From: Spirochaetia bacterium
GTDB taxonomy: Bacteria; Spirochaetota; Spirochaetia; SZUA-6; Bin103
Length of the DNA stretch: 64,000 nt
Assembly: GCA_965203905.1 (NCBI GenBank)
Contig: CBDBDQ010000005.1
Location: 2,912,001-2,976,000, forward strand
Direction: 5' to 3'
Position numbers and translations under genes: made by a program. This document shows, piece by piece, positions 39,510 through 49,065 of this stretch (its first letter is position 1; every line of letters starts with the position of its first letter). Under the pieces are notes generated by a model. It saw only the letters and a program-made list of their open reading frames with translations. It was not told the origin of the DNA and made no database searches.

Positions 39510-41852
39510 TTGACACAGTCCGACGACGCGAGGCGGGAGCACCAGGCGCTGCGGGGGCCCATCGCCACCCTCAACGCCGCCATCCTGCGCATCAACGCGA
39601 CCCTCGACCTCGACACCGTGCTCGGCGAAGTGGTGGAGGGCGCCCGCGCCCTCACCGGCGCCCGCTACGGCGTCATCGTCGCCGTCGACGAAGAGGGCGC
39701 GCCCCAGGACCCGGTCTTCTCGGGCCTCTCTCCGGAGGAGGAGCGGGAACTGCTCGCCTGGCCCGGCCGCGAGCCCCTGTTCGAGCATCTCCGGACGCTG
39801 CCGGGTCCGTTGCGGCTCGCCGATCTTCCGGGCTACGTCCGGGCGCTCGGCATCGACTCTGCCTGGACCTTCTCCCGGACCTTCCAGGGCACGCCGATGC
39901 GCCACCGGGGCGTGGAGGCGGGCGGCTTCTTCCTCGCGGAAAAGGCCGACGGCGAAGCGTTCACCGACGCGGACGAGGAGGTGCTGACGCTGTTCGCCTC
40001 CCAGGCCGCCTCGGCGATCGCCAACGCGCGCACCCACCGCAGCGAGCGGCGCGCGCGGGCCGACCTGGAGGCCCTGGTCGAGACCTCGCCGGTGGGCGTC
40101 GTGGTCTTCGATGCGAAGAGCGGCCGTCCGGTGTTCTTCAACCGCGAGATGCGGCGGATCGTGGAGAGCCTGCGCATGCCCGGCCATCCGCCCGAGCAGC
40201 TCCTGGAGGTGATGTCCTTCCACCGCGCCGACGGGCGCGAGGTGTCCTTGAGCGAGTTTCCCATCGCGCAGCAGCTCAACAGTGGCCAGACGCTGCGTGC
40301 CGAGGAAGTGGTGCTCTCGGTGCCGGATGGACGCAGCGTCAGGACGCTGATCAACGCCACCCCGATCCCGGCCGAAGGGGACGCCATCGGCTCGGTCGTG
40401 GTGACCGTTCAGGATCTTGCGCCGCTCGACGAGATCGAGCGCATGCGGACCGAGTTCCTGGGCCTGGTGAGCCACGAGCTGCGCGAGCCGCTCGCCGCCA
40501 TCAAGGGCTCGGCGGTGACGCTGATGGAGGAGGCGTCGGCGCTCGACCCGGCCGAGATGCGCGAGTTCCACCGGCTCATCGTCGAGCAGGCCGACCACAT
40601 GCGCGGCTTGATCGGCGATCTGCTCGATGCCGGGCGCATCGAGGCGGGCACGCTCTCGGTGGCACCCGAGCCCTCGGAGGTGGCCGACCTGGTGGAGCGC
40701 GCGCGCAGCACGTTTCTGAGCGGAGGCGCGCGGCATGGCGTGCTCATCGACCTTCCGCCGGACCTGCCCCGGGTGATGACCGACCGGCGGCGCATCGTGC
40801 AGGTGCTGAACAACCTGCTCGCCAACGCCGCACGCCACGCTCCGGAGTCGTCCGCCATTCGGATCTCGGCGCTGCGCGAGGACGCCCATGTCGCGGTCGC
40901 GGTCTCCGACGAGGGCCGCGGCCTGGCGCCGGAGCGACTGGCGCACCTGTTCCGCAAGCACCTTCCCCCCGAGAGCGGCGGACCGGGGGACAGGACGCCG
41001 GGTCAGGGCCTGGGTCTCGCGATCTGCAAGGGCCTGGTGGAGGCGCATGGCGGGCGCATCCACGCCGAGAGCGCCGGTCCCGGCCGGGGTACGACCATCG
41101 TCTTCACCGTGCCGGTGGCCGACGAAGCCGGCGCCGCGCCGGGACCGTCGCGCCCGCCCCGCGAAGGTGCCGAGCCCGACCGCATCCTCGTGGTCGACGA
41201 CGACCCCCGCACGCTGCGCCTGGTGCGCGACGCACTCTCGGCGGAGGGCTACGCGCCCGTGGTCACCGGCGATCACCACGAGCTGGCGCGCATCCTGCGC
41301 GCGGAGAGGCCGGCGCTCGCCGTGCTCGACCTGGTGCTGCCCGGCGCCGACGGCATCGAGCTGATGGGGCAGATTGCCGAGCTCTCCGACCTGCCGGTCA
41401 TCTTCATCTCGGCCTATGGCCGCGACGAGACCGTCGCGAGGGCGCTCGATGCCGGCGCAGCAGACTACATCGTCAAGCCCTTCTCGCCGACCGAGCTCAC
41501 CGCACGGGTGCGGGCGGCGTTGCGAAGGCGCCAGCGGCCGGCGCCGTTCGTGCTGGGCGAGCTCGCGATCGACTACGAGAGCCGCCGCGTCACGGTAGCG
41601 GGCCGCGCGGTGGACCTCACCGCGACCGAGCACGCGCTCCTGCGGGTTCTGTCGCTCAACGCCGGACGGGTGGTCCCCTACGACAAGCTGCTGCGCCAGG
41701 TGTGGGGCGGGCGGGAATACGCCGGCCCGAACCTGGTGCGCATCTTCGTCAGGAACCTCCGCCGCAAGCTCGGCGAGGACGCCGAGCGCCCGGCCTGGAT
41801 CTTCAACCAGCGCGGCGTCGGATACCGCATGCCGGACCCCGACGAACCGTGA
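39510..41852 (+). CDS. Hybrid sensor: GAF-PAS-HisKA-HATPase-receiver-OmpR winged helix
   Basis: SHELREPL, NLLANA, DEGRG, GLGLAIC, LVVDDD, LDL.LP..DG, DYIVKPF, LTATE..LL, RNLRRKL, RGVGYR; RBS GGAGG plus TTG. Confidence 0.92.
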   Translation: MTQSDDARREHQALRGPIATLNAAILRINATLDLDTVLGEVVEGARALTGARYGVIVAVDEEGAPQDPVFSGLSPEEERELLAWPGREPLFEHLRTLPGPLRLADLPGYVRALGIDSAWTFSRTFQGTPMRHRGVEAGGFFLAEKADGEAFTDADEEVLTLFASQAASAIANARTHRSERRARADLEALVETSPVGVVVFDAKSGRPVFFNREMRRIVESLRMPGHPPEQLLEVMSFHRADGREVSLSEFPIAQQLNSGQTLRAEEVVLSVPDGRSVRTLINATPIPAEGDAIGSVVVTVQDLAPLDEIERMRTEFLGLVSHELREPLAAIKGSAVTLMEEASALDPAEMREFHRLIVEQADHMRGLIGDLLDAGRIEAGTLSVAPEPSEVADLVERARSTFLSGGARHGVLIDLPPDLPRVMTDRRRIVQVLNNLLANAARHAPESSAIRISALREDAHVAVAVSDEGRGLAPERLAHLFRKHLPPESGGPGDRTPGQGLGLAICKGLVEAHGGRIHAESAGPGRGTTIVFTVPVADEAGAAPGPSRPPREGAEPDRILVVDDDPRTLRLVRDALSAEGYAPVVTGDHHELARILRAERPALAVLDLVLPGADGIELMGQIAELSDLPVIFISAYGRDETVARALDAGAADYIVKPFSPTELTARVRAALRRRQRPAPFVLGELAIDYESRRVTVAGRAVDLTATEHALLRVLSLNAGRVVPYDKLLRQVWGGREYAGPNLVRIFVRNLRRKLGEDAERPAWIFNQRGVGYRMPDPDEP

Positions 41853-42550
41853 TCGGTGGGCGCGCCCGAACACGCCGGCTCGGGCGCGTGGGCTCGATCG
41901 AACCGACGACAACCAGACCCCCTTGAGTCGAAGCCGCTCACCCACCTGCCGGGCGCTTCGTCAGCGACGACTGGCACGACAGCGAAGCGGACCTGCTGTT
42001 CTCGGTGGAACGGGAAGGCGGCGACGAGGTGCCGGTGCTGCTGTACGTGCTGCTGGAGCATCAGTCGACGCCGGACCGGTGGATGCCGTTGCGGATGCTG
42101 AACTACTGCACGCAGGTATGGGTCGCGTGGCAGTACAGACACCGGCAGGCGGAGCGGTTGCCGCTGATCGTGCCGCTGGTATTCTATCAGGGAGGGGAGC
42201 GCTGGGAGTACGTGCGGGAGTTCGCGGAGTTGGTAGCGGATGCGGAGGACTGGCGGTGGGTGCCGAGGTTCGAGCATCTGCTGATCGACCAGACCGAGCA
42301 GAGCCCGGACTCGGTGTCGGGGTCGGTGGGAGCGAAGCTGCTGCAGATCCTGATGATGGCGAGGTTTCGCAAAGCGGCCGACGAGTTGCTGGAGCGGGCG
42401 ACGCGGATGATGGGGGACCTGTACCGCACCAAGGGGTTCGCCGCGGTGGCGCGGCACGTGGAGTACGTGCTGGCGACGCAGCCGGAGGAAAACCGGAAGT
42501 ACTTTGCCGAGGAGTTGCGGAGGAACGTGCCGGGACCGGGAGGAGACCTG

Positions 42551-42814
42551 ATGAACTACGTTGAGGAGTTGATCGAGCAGGGCCGAAAGGAAGGCCTACA
42601 GGAAGGCCGACGGGAGGGCCGACGGGAAGGCCGACAGGAAGGCCGGCAGGAAGGCCGGCAGGAAGGCCAGGTCCGAACGATCGAGGGCTTCCTGCGACAG
42701 GACTTGCCGTGGTCCGCGATCGAGGCGGCTACCGGGATCGACGAGGCTGCGTTCCGGCGCCTGAAGCAGGAACTGGACACGGCTGACGGCGGCGCACGCC
42801 GCCAACCGGACTGA
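42551..42814 (+). CDS. Putative intragenic small Rpn protein (RpnS-like)
   Basis: GGAGGAG-N5-ATG in frame; MNYVEELIEQG followed by EGR(R/Q) repeats. Confidence 0.6.
   Translation: MNYVEELIEQGRKEGLQEGRREGRREGRQEGRQEGRQEGQVRTIEGFLRQDLPWSAIEAATGIDEAAFRRLKQELDTADGGARRQPD
42589..42670 (+). repeat. 12-nt coding tandem repeat (EGRR/EGRQ)
   Basis: GAAGGCCGACGG/GAAGGCCGGCAG-type units, about 7 copies. Confidence 0.9.
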
Positions 42815-42840
42815 TACGCCAAAGACCACGGACGACGGTC

Positions 42841-43503
42841 ATGCACAGCAGTTTTCTCCGGGGATCCGACTTCCGCATCACGCTTCGGGGGGAGGAGGTG
42901 TCCCACGCCCAGTTCTTCCGCGACCTCAGCGCGACCGATCGGTTGGGAGTGCTGGCCCCCGGCGGTGTCGACGGCCTGGGCGCGTGTCTGCTGCTGCTGG
43001 CCCACACCACCGCGTTCTACGACCGTTATCGCGGGACGGGCGACGACTTCTTCGCCTACCCCGACCACTACACGTTTCAGCGGCGGACTCCGCCCGCCTC
43101 CTACTCGATGCTCGATGTCTGGCCCCGACACAAGAACGTGCCGGTCGCCAAAGATGTTGGGGAGACGCTCGACGCGATCCTGGACCGGGCGATCAACGTG
43201 CTCGTGGTCCCGGCCGGGAGTGCTGGAGCCGCCGAGTTCGCACCGGTGCAGATGGCCAGCGCCCGCCGCACCATCCGGCGCTGCTACACGTACTCGGCGA
43301 CCGGGTCGACCGAGCAGCCCACGCTCACGGTGGCCTGCGGCCGCCCCGAGCCTGCCGCGTGGGCCGGCGCCGTGATCGACTCCCTGCCGCCCGACGACAG
43401 CGCCGCGCGCCGCCACTGGCTCCGAGCCGTCGCGGGCGGCTCGATTCCGGAGCAGTCGTTCAGAGAGGTCTCGGTGGAGCAGGCGCTCGCCCTGATCATC
43501 TGA
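42841..43503 (+). CDS. Hypothetical protein
   Basis: 220-aa ORF with host-like codon usage; TAFYD..R..FFAYPD..DVWP.HK looks like a conserved motif set. Confidence 0.75.
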   Translation: MHSSFLRGSDFRITLRGEEVSHAQFFRDLSATDRLGVLAPGGVDGLGACLLLLAHTTAFYDRYRGTGDDFFAYPDHYTFQRRTPPASYSMLDVWPRHKNVPVAKDVGETLDAILDRAINVLVVPAGSAGAAEFAPVQMASARRTIRRCYTYSATGSTEQPTLTVACGRPEPAAWAGAVIDSLPPDDSAARRHWLRAVAGGSIPEQSFREVSVEQALALII

Positions 43504-43622
43504 GTGCCCGGGTCGACCTGATATGGCTGTGGAGCCGATCAGCGTCATCGTGAGCTGCGCTCCACCGCGCACCGCGCCTTGCGGAGCCGACACCATGCGC
43601 AGCTTGCAGTAGACTCCCGGTC

Positions 43623-44010
43623 ATGTCGGCATATCTCGAGTTCGAAGTCTCTCTGCTGGACATCGAACCGCGCATCTGGCGGCGCTTTCAGCTCGACGCG
43701 ACCGACACGTTCGGTGAGATGCATCAGGCGATCCAGGACAGTTTCGACTGGGACGGCGACCACATGTGGGACTTCTGTACGACGGGCCGGGACCGGCGGG
43801 TGCTGGCCGGCCCCGGGGCGTACGACTTGGGCTATGAGACGGACGAGATTCCCGATGCATGGTCGGTGAAGCTCACGCAGCATTTCAGGCGGGTGTCGAT
43901 GACTTGCCGGTATACCTACGATTTCGGGGATTCCTGGGTCCATGCCGTGACGTTGCGGCAACGAGTGACGAGCGCGGAACGATTCCAGCGCCGCCTTGTC
44001 GCCGGCTGCG
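43623..44010 (+). pseudogene. Plasmid pRiA4b ORF-3 family protein, C-terminally truncated
   Basis: PRIWRRF, MHQAIQDSFDW.GDH, YTYDFGDSW.H; the CPPED motif is absent and the frame runs on to 44189. Confidence 0.75.
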
Positions 44011-44163
44011 CGCGGCGCCGGACTGGACCGCGACCAGGATCGGTGGCGGACTACGCGCCGGGCTCGATCGTTGAGCCCAACGTCGAGCGCGCCCTCCTCG
44101 CGATTACGGTACCTGCCTCGACAGGTACCCTGAGCTGGGCTACCGTCGGGCCGAGGATCTGCC

Positions 44164-44946
44164 GTGAGTGCCGTTCCCAGCTCGGATGAGCGCTACTCGT
44201 TCGAGACCGACGGGTACCTGGTGGTCGAGTCGTTGCTCGGTTCCGAGCACGTGGCTCGGTTGCGCGAGGCGTTGCAGCGGGCGATCGCGCGGCGCCGGGA
44301 GCTGGAGCGGCGCGGGACACCGCACTTCGCGCGGCCGGGTGACGAGCATGCGGGCAGCACCCGGATCTTCTACCTGCTGGCCGATGATCCGCTGTTCCTG
44401 GAGCTGGCCGACCATCCGCCGGCGATGCCGTACATTCGCGCCCTGCTCAACCAGAACAAGCCCCACTTCCACGCCTCCGACGCGTTCTGGGAGGAGGGGA
44501 CGCACACCGCTCCCGCGCGCTGGCACATCGACGGCCCCGACAACGGCTTCCGCAACCTGCGGCCGCGGGTGCCGATGCTGGAGCTGAAGATCGGCTACTT
44601 CCTGTCCGACATGACGCTGCCGGACCAGGGCAACCTGATGGTGGTGCCCGGCTCGCACAAGACCGACTTCGAGCCCACGGCGGAAGCGCTCAGCGGCTTC
44701 GATACCTTTCCCGGCGCCACCCAGGTGTGCTGCCCGGCCGGATCCTGCGTGATCTTCCACAACGCGCTGTGGCATACGCGTGGTCCCGCGACCCGCGCCG
44801 ACGGACGCCGCATCATGCTCTACTACGCCTACGAGCACCCGTGGATGATCGGCAGCCCCGAGCACACCGCCTATCCGCGCGAGTTCTGCGCCGGACTATC
44901 CGCCGCCCGCCGCAAGCTGTTCCACGACTTCCTGTTCCGGTCCTGA
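44164..44946 (+). CDS. PhyH-family dioxygenase
   Basis: FETDGYL, WHID, VVPGSH, LWH, R. Confidence 0.9.
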   Translation: MSAVPSSDERYSFETDGYLVVESLLGSEHVARLREALQRAIARRRELERRGTPHFARPGDEHAGSTRIFYLLADDPLFLELADHPPAMPYIRALLNQNKPHFHASDAFWEEGTHTAPARWHIDGPDNGFRNLRPRVPMLELKIGYFLSDMTLPDQGNLMVVPGSHKTDFEPTAEALSGFDTFPGATQVCCPAGSCVIFHNALWHTRGPATRADGRRIMLYYAYEHPWMIGSPEHTAYPREFCAGLSAARRKLFHDFLFRS

Positions 44947-45028
44947 AGGGCTGCGGCGCGCTCGCGGCGGCCTCGATCCCGAGGCGGCTCCGAGCACCTG
45001 CAATCCCAGACGGCTTGCGGCGGCTTAC

Positions 45029-46537
45029 TTACTTTCGGCACTTGCCGGAGACGTCCGCCCGGCAATACTCCTGCACCTCTTCCTCGAGTGTGTCGTACCC
45101 CGCATTTCGATAGGTGGTAACGTACTCGTCCCAGGCGGCGTCCAGATCGAGCTCGCCGATGATGAACTTGGTGAAGTATTCGTCACGAATCTTGGACAGC
45201 TCCGGTGCGGCACGCTGAAAGGTCTCGGACACGAAGCCGATCACGTACGGTGAGACGCCGTAGCGTTGTCCCCAGGCTATGAGCTCTTCCTGACGTTCCT
45301 TCTCGATCGAGTAGTCGGGAATCCAGTCGGGCATGATATTTGAGAACCAGCGCCACTTCGAGATCGGATCCGACTCGCTGCCCGTATCCTTGGCTAGCTC
45401 CTCCCGGTTCACGACGATGTTCCCGTCGCTGGCGCGGTTCCAGTGGACCCCCTCGATACCGTAGAAGTTGAACAGGTCACCCTCGTCCGAGAACAGAAAG
45501 TCCCACAGCGCAAGAATCCGATCCGGATGGTCGGCGGTACTTGCCACGAGCATGTCTACGGTGCCGAACGGAGATACGGGCCGGTTGTTGTGCGGACCGA
45601 CCGATCCCTTGGGCGGAAAGGCGACGAACACGTCGGCTCCCGGAATGCTCTTCTCGGTCAACCCGACCATCTCGTCGTAGAAGTAGTTGGCCTCGACGTG
45701 AACCGGAATCGCCGCTACTTTCCCCGTGGTGAACTTCTCGCGGAACTTGCCGAAGTCGGTGAGAATCACGAACTCCGGATCGAGCACGCCGTCGGCATAG
45801 AACCGGCGGATAAGACGCAGCCCTTCCTTCCACTCGTCGGAAATCGACATGTCGACATAGCGGCCGTCCTTCCACTTCCAGGCGGGATGGTCCATTCCGA
45901 TGTCCGTATGCGCTCCATAGAAATAGTGGTTGCCGAAGTAGAGGCCGAACGACACGTACCCGGGAATGCCCTCGCCATCGTGTACGACCTTCAACACTTC
46001 GCCGAACTGTTCGACGGTCTCGGGAATCGGCTGGTTGTACTTGTCCAATAGATCCTTGCGGTAGTAGAAGCCGGTGGTATGGTGAAAATAGCGCTTTGGT
46101 ACGACGTAGTTCTTGCCGTCCCAAAGGGAGAACCGGCTGGCCTCCGGTTGTGCCAGGTAAGCCGTTAGGTTCGGATAGTCGGCCAGCATCGGGGTCAGAT
46201 CCTGGACCATGCCGCCGTCGATGAGCTGGCGCACGATGCGGGCGCCCCCGGTCGTGGGGCCTCGTACCTGGATCAGATCCGCCAAGTCACCGCTGGTCAT
46301 ATCGAGCTGCAGCTTCTGCGCATATTCGGCGATCGGCTGTACGATGATCTCGAAGTCCATGTTGAACTTGTCGTTGATGTACTCAAGCATGCGTCCCTTG
46401 GGCGGGGGAACTCCGTCGGTCCAATAGGCGGTGACGTGAACCCGCTCACCAGCGGCCGCCTCACCCTCTCCTCCGGCCCACGCGCCGGTACTGCACGCCA
46501 ATCCGGCAATGACTGCGAGCAAGATCGCTCTTCTCAT
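45029..46537 (-). CDS. Carbohydrate ABC substrate-binding protein (orphan)
   Basis: Signal plus AGGEGE, SGDLAD, YYRKDLLDK, KFIIGE. Confidence 0.9.
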   Translation of the reverse strand: MRRAILLAVIAGLACSTGAWAGGEGEAAAGERVHVTAYWTDGVPPPKGRMLEYINDKFNMDFEIIVQPIAEYAQKLQLDMTSGDLADLIQVRGPTTGGARIVRQLIDGGMVQDLTPMLADYPNLTAYLAQPEASRFSLWDGKNYVVPKRYFHHTTGFYYRKDLLDKYNQPIPETVEQFGEVLKVVHDGEGIPGYVSFGLYFGNHYFYGAHTDIGMDHPAWKWKDGRYVDMSISDEWKEGLRLIRRFYADGVLDPEFVILTDFGKFREKFTTGKVAAIPVHVEANYFYDEMVGLTEKSIPGADVFVAFPPKGSVGPHNNRPVSPFGTVDMLVASTADHPDRILALWDFLFSDEGDLFNFYGIEGVHWNRASDGNIVVNREELAKDTGSESDPISKWRWFSNIMPDWIPDYSIEKERQEELIAWGQRYGVSPYVIGFVSETFQRAAPELSKIRDEYFTKFIIGELDLDAAWDEYVTTYRNAGYDTLEEEVQEYCRADVSGKCRK

Positions 46538-46977
46538 GGCTCTCCTCCTGACCCGATCTCGGGTCGTCTGCCCATCAGCGATACCGTGTGACCCCTCTGC
46601 GGCAAGAGTCGCACCGTCCCCAACCGCACACCTTATCCGTCCTCCCGCCCACGTGCAAGGTTGCGTTGTGTGGGGTGCGGAGGGTATGCACTGCGCGTCG
46701 GTTTACCGGAGTAGGCGTGCCGACTCCTGCTGGGTTCGCGACCATGCACGTATCGGCGAGGAACCGGGCAAGGTTCGTCGGCGCGCTGCGGCGACGGGTC
46801 CCTCAGGGAACGCTGGCGGCACCGCGGGCAGCGGCCCACCATCCGGGCGCAGGCTTAGCGCCAGAACAGGGTAGCAGTTCCTTTCCCCGGGGCGCGGACT
46901 GCCAGTGGAAGAGGCGAGGGTGGGTACCACATCTTGGTGGGAGGCGCAGTCCGGGGTTGCAGCGGCGAGTGGAACCG

Positions 46978-47859
46978 CTACTCGGCTTCCGGGGTTGGTT
47001 GCTCCGCGAGCAGGGTGCGCAGGTGGTCGCGGAACAGGATGGTTTCGCTGAGGTTGTCGACGCGGTTGCAGTTCTCCCACTCGGTCCACACGTACTCCAG
47101 GCCCAGGTAGCCGCGGTACCCGGTGGCGTGCATCACCTGCACGATGCGGGCGAAGTCGATGGTGTTGTCGCGCATCGAGGCCTGCAGGGCGCCGCGGCGG
47201 GCGCCGCGCACGTGGAAGTGGCTGGCGTGGGCGAGCAGCGGCTCGACCTCGCGGTCGGGAATGCCGGCGCGGGCGAAGTGGCCGTAGTCCACGGTGAAGG
47301 TGAGGTCCGGCACTGCCTCGACCAGGCGCAGGGCGGCGGCGGGGCGCGCGGCGACCGAGCCGAGGTGCGGCTCCACGCCCATGACGATCCCGGCGGCGCG
47401 GGACCGTTCCACCCGCCACGCCAGTTCGGCGTGGGCACGGGCCAGGGAGTCGGCCCGTGGCTCATCGTCGGCGAACGGCACCCCCGGACCGATGGAGACG
47501 TGAGCCGCGCCGCAGGCGGCGGCGTACTCCAGGGCGCGCTCGAACCAGTCGCGGGCGCGGCGCCGGCGCTCCGCCAGCGGGTGGTTGATGGCGTAGGAGC
47601 GGCCGTCGTTGTCCACCTGCAGGAACACGTCGGCCGCGCACAGGCCGTGAGCGTCGAGGCGCGCGCGCAATGCCCGCGCCGCGCGGCCGGTGTCCTGGAA
47701 CTCGGTGGAGGGCTGCAGGTGGGAGCGGTCCTCGAACAGGCCGATGTCGACCGCCGGAATCTCCAGCGCGGCGATCAGTGCCAGCACCCGGTCGTGGGGC
47801 AGCAGGGGAAAGGTGAAGTCGGCACAGGCCAGCTCCAGGCGTGGTGGGGGGATGGTCAT
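46978..47859 (-). CDS. Sugar phosphate isomerase/epimerase (TIM barrel)
   Basis: GVEPH, VDYGH, HFHVR, GYRGYLGLEY; start at ATG 47859. Confidence 0.85.
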   Translation of the reverse strand: MTIPPPRLELACADFTFPLLPHDRVLALIAALEIPAVDIGLFEDRSHLQPSTEFQDTGRAARALRARLDAHGLCAADVFLQVDNDGRSYAINHPLAERRRRARDWFERALEYAAACGAAHVSIGPGVPFADDEPRADSLARAHAELAWRVERSRAAGIVMGVEPHLGSVAARPAAALRLVEAVPDLTFTVDYGHFARAGIPDREVEPLLAHASHFHVRGARRGALQASMRDNTIDFARIVQVMHATGYRGYLGLEYVWTEWENCNRVDNLSETILFRDHLRTLLAEQPTPEAE

Positions 47860-48929
47860 GCCACCCTCACGTCGGCGCCGGTGCGCGCGGCCTCGCAGGC
47901 GGCCTCGATCAGCTTCATGGCGCTCCATCCCAGGGCGGCCGGCGAGCGGTTGGGCGCCGCGCCCGCCACCACGTCGACCAGGTTCTCGGCCGGTGCGTGC
48001 AGCGGGTAGCTCGCCTCCTCGGCGAGCGGGGGGTAGTCCTGCGTTGCGCCGCCAGCGCGGTACAGGCGCATGGTGCCGTGCCACAGCTCCAGGAACAACA
48101 TCGCCTCGGTGCCGAACACGCGCACCTCGAAGGTGCGCTCGGCGGGCATCGGCGCCCCGGTGCTGGCAATCGAGACCAGGGTGCCGCCGTCCCAGGTAGC
48201 GTTGATCGAATCGTACACGTCGACCCGGGTGTCGTAGTTGTCGAACCGTGCGAACACGGCGCGCGGGTCGCGACCGGTGAGGAACGCCAGGTAGGCGCCG
48301 ACGTGCGACACCTGGGTGTAGATCTGCCCCCCGCCGCTCACCGCCGGGTCGGCGAATGCGCCCGGTTCCGGGGGCAGGTATGGGGGCTGGCTCTCGAGGG
48401 TGTCGCTGCCGGTGAAGATCTCCTCCCACGGCAGTCCGCGGTAGATGCCGAGGCAGAAGTTGGTCATCAGCACGCTGATCAGCTTGATGTCGCCGAGGGC
48501 GCCGGAGCGGACCAGTTGCTGCGCCGCGGCGGCGTGGGCGGTGTAGTGCCACGGCCCGCTCAGCAGGAAGTGCACTCCCCGGCGCTCCGCCAGGGCCACC
48601 AGCTCGCCCGCCTCGGCGGCGGTGATGGTCATCGGCTTCTCGATCAGCACGTGCAGCCCGCGCTGCAGCGCCGCCATGGCCTGTGCATGGTGGACGTTGG
48701 GCGTGGAGCTGATCACCACCGCGTCGAGCGGTTCGCGGTCGAGCGCCTCTTCCAGCGAGGCGGCGGCACGGGGAACGCCGAAGTCGCGGGCGATGCGCTG
48801 CGCCAGCGTCCGGTCGCGGTGGTGCACGCAGCGCAGCTCCGCTTGCGGGTGGCGCAACAGCGCCGGGATGTGCGCCGTGGTACCCCACCAGCCGGCGCCG
48901 ATCACCGCGCAGCGAACCCGTTTCGGCAT
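47856..48929 (-). CDS. Gfo/Idh/MocA oxidoreductase
   Basis: AVIGAGWWG, DAVVISSTP..H, HVLIEKP. Confidence 0.9.
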   Translation of the reverse strand: MPKRVRCAVIGAGWWGTTAHIPALLRHPQAELRCVHHRDRTLAQRIARDFGVPRAAASLEEALDREPLDAVVISSTPNVHHAQAMAALQRGLHVLIEKPMTITAAEAGELVALAERRGVHFLLSGPWHYTAHAAAAQQLVRSGALGDIKLISVLMTNFCLGIYRGLPWEEIFTGSDTLESQPPYLPPEPGAFADPAVSGGGQIYTQVSHVGAYLAFLTGRDPRAVFARFDNYDTRVDVYDSINATWDGGTLVSIASTGAPMPAERTFEVRVFGTEAMLFLELWHGTMRLYRAGGATQDYPPLAEEASYPLHAPAENLVDVVAGAAPNRSPAALGWSAMKLIEAACEAARTGADVRVA

Positions 48930-48991
48930 GCCGGACAGGGTGAGCGGGAGCAGGGATCGCGTCAAGGAACCATCCGGCCGGCCACACGCAT

Positions 48992-49020
48992 TTGACGATC
49001 TCCGGCGCGCGTGCTAAGCC
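48992..49020 (+). promoter_or_regulatory. Possible sigma70 promoter
   Basis: TTGACG-N17-TAAGCC with extended TG, upstream of 49066. Confidence 0.4.
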
Positions 49021-49065
49021 CACACAGAACCCAGTGATCTGAGTCACGAGGAGGTACTCAAGACC

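Larger units (their letters stand above)
41957..42814 (+). pseudogene. Rpn (YhgA-like) PD-(D/E)XK nuclease/putative transposase, 5'-truncated
   Basis: FVSDDWHDSEADLLFSV...LLYVLLEHQSTPDRWMPLRMLNY, PLIVPLVFYQG..W; no start for the N-terminus. Confidence 0.85.

Noticed and set aside
39276-41945. 889-aa minus and 813-aa plus ORFs
   Set aside because: Shadow frames of the hybrid kinase with no motifs; the same applies to 232..1590, 10057..11991 and similar ORFs.
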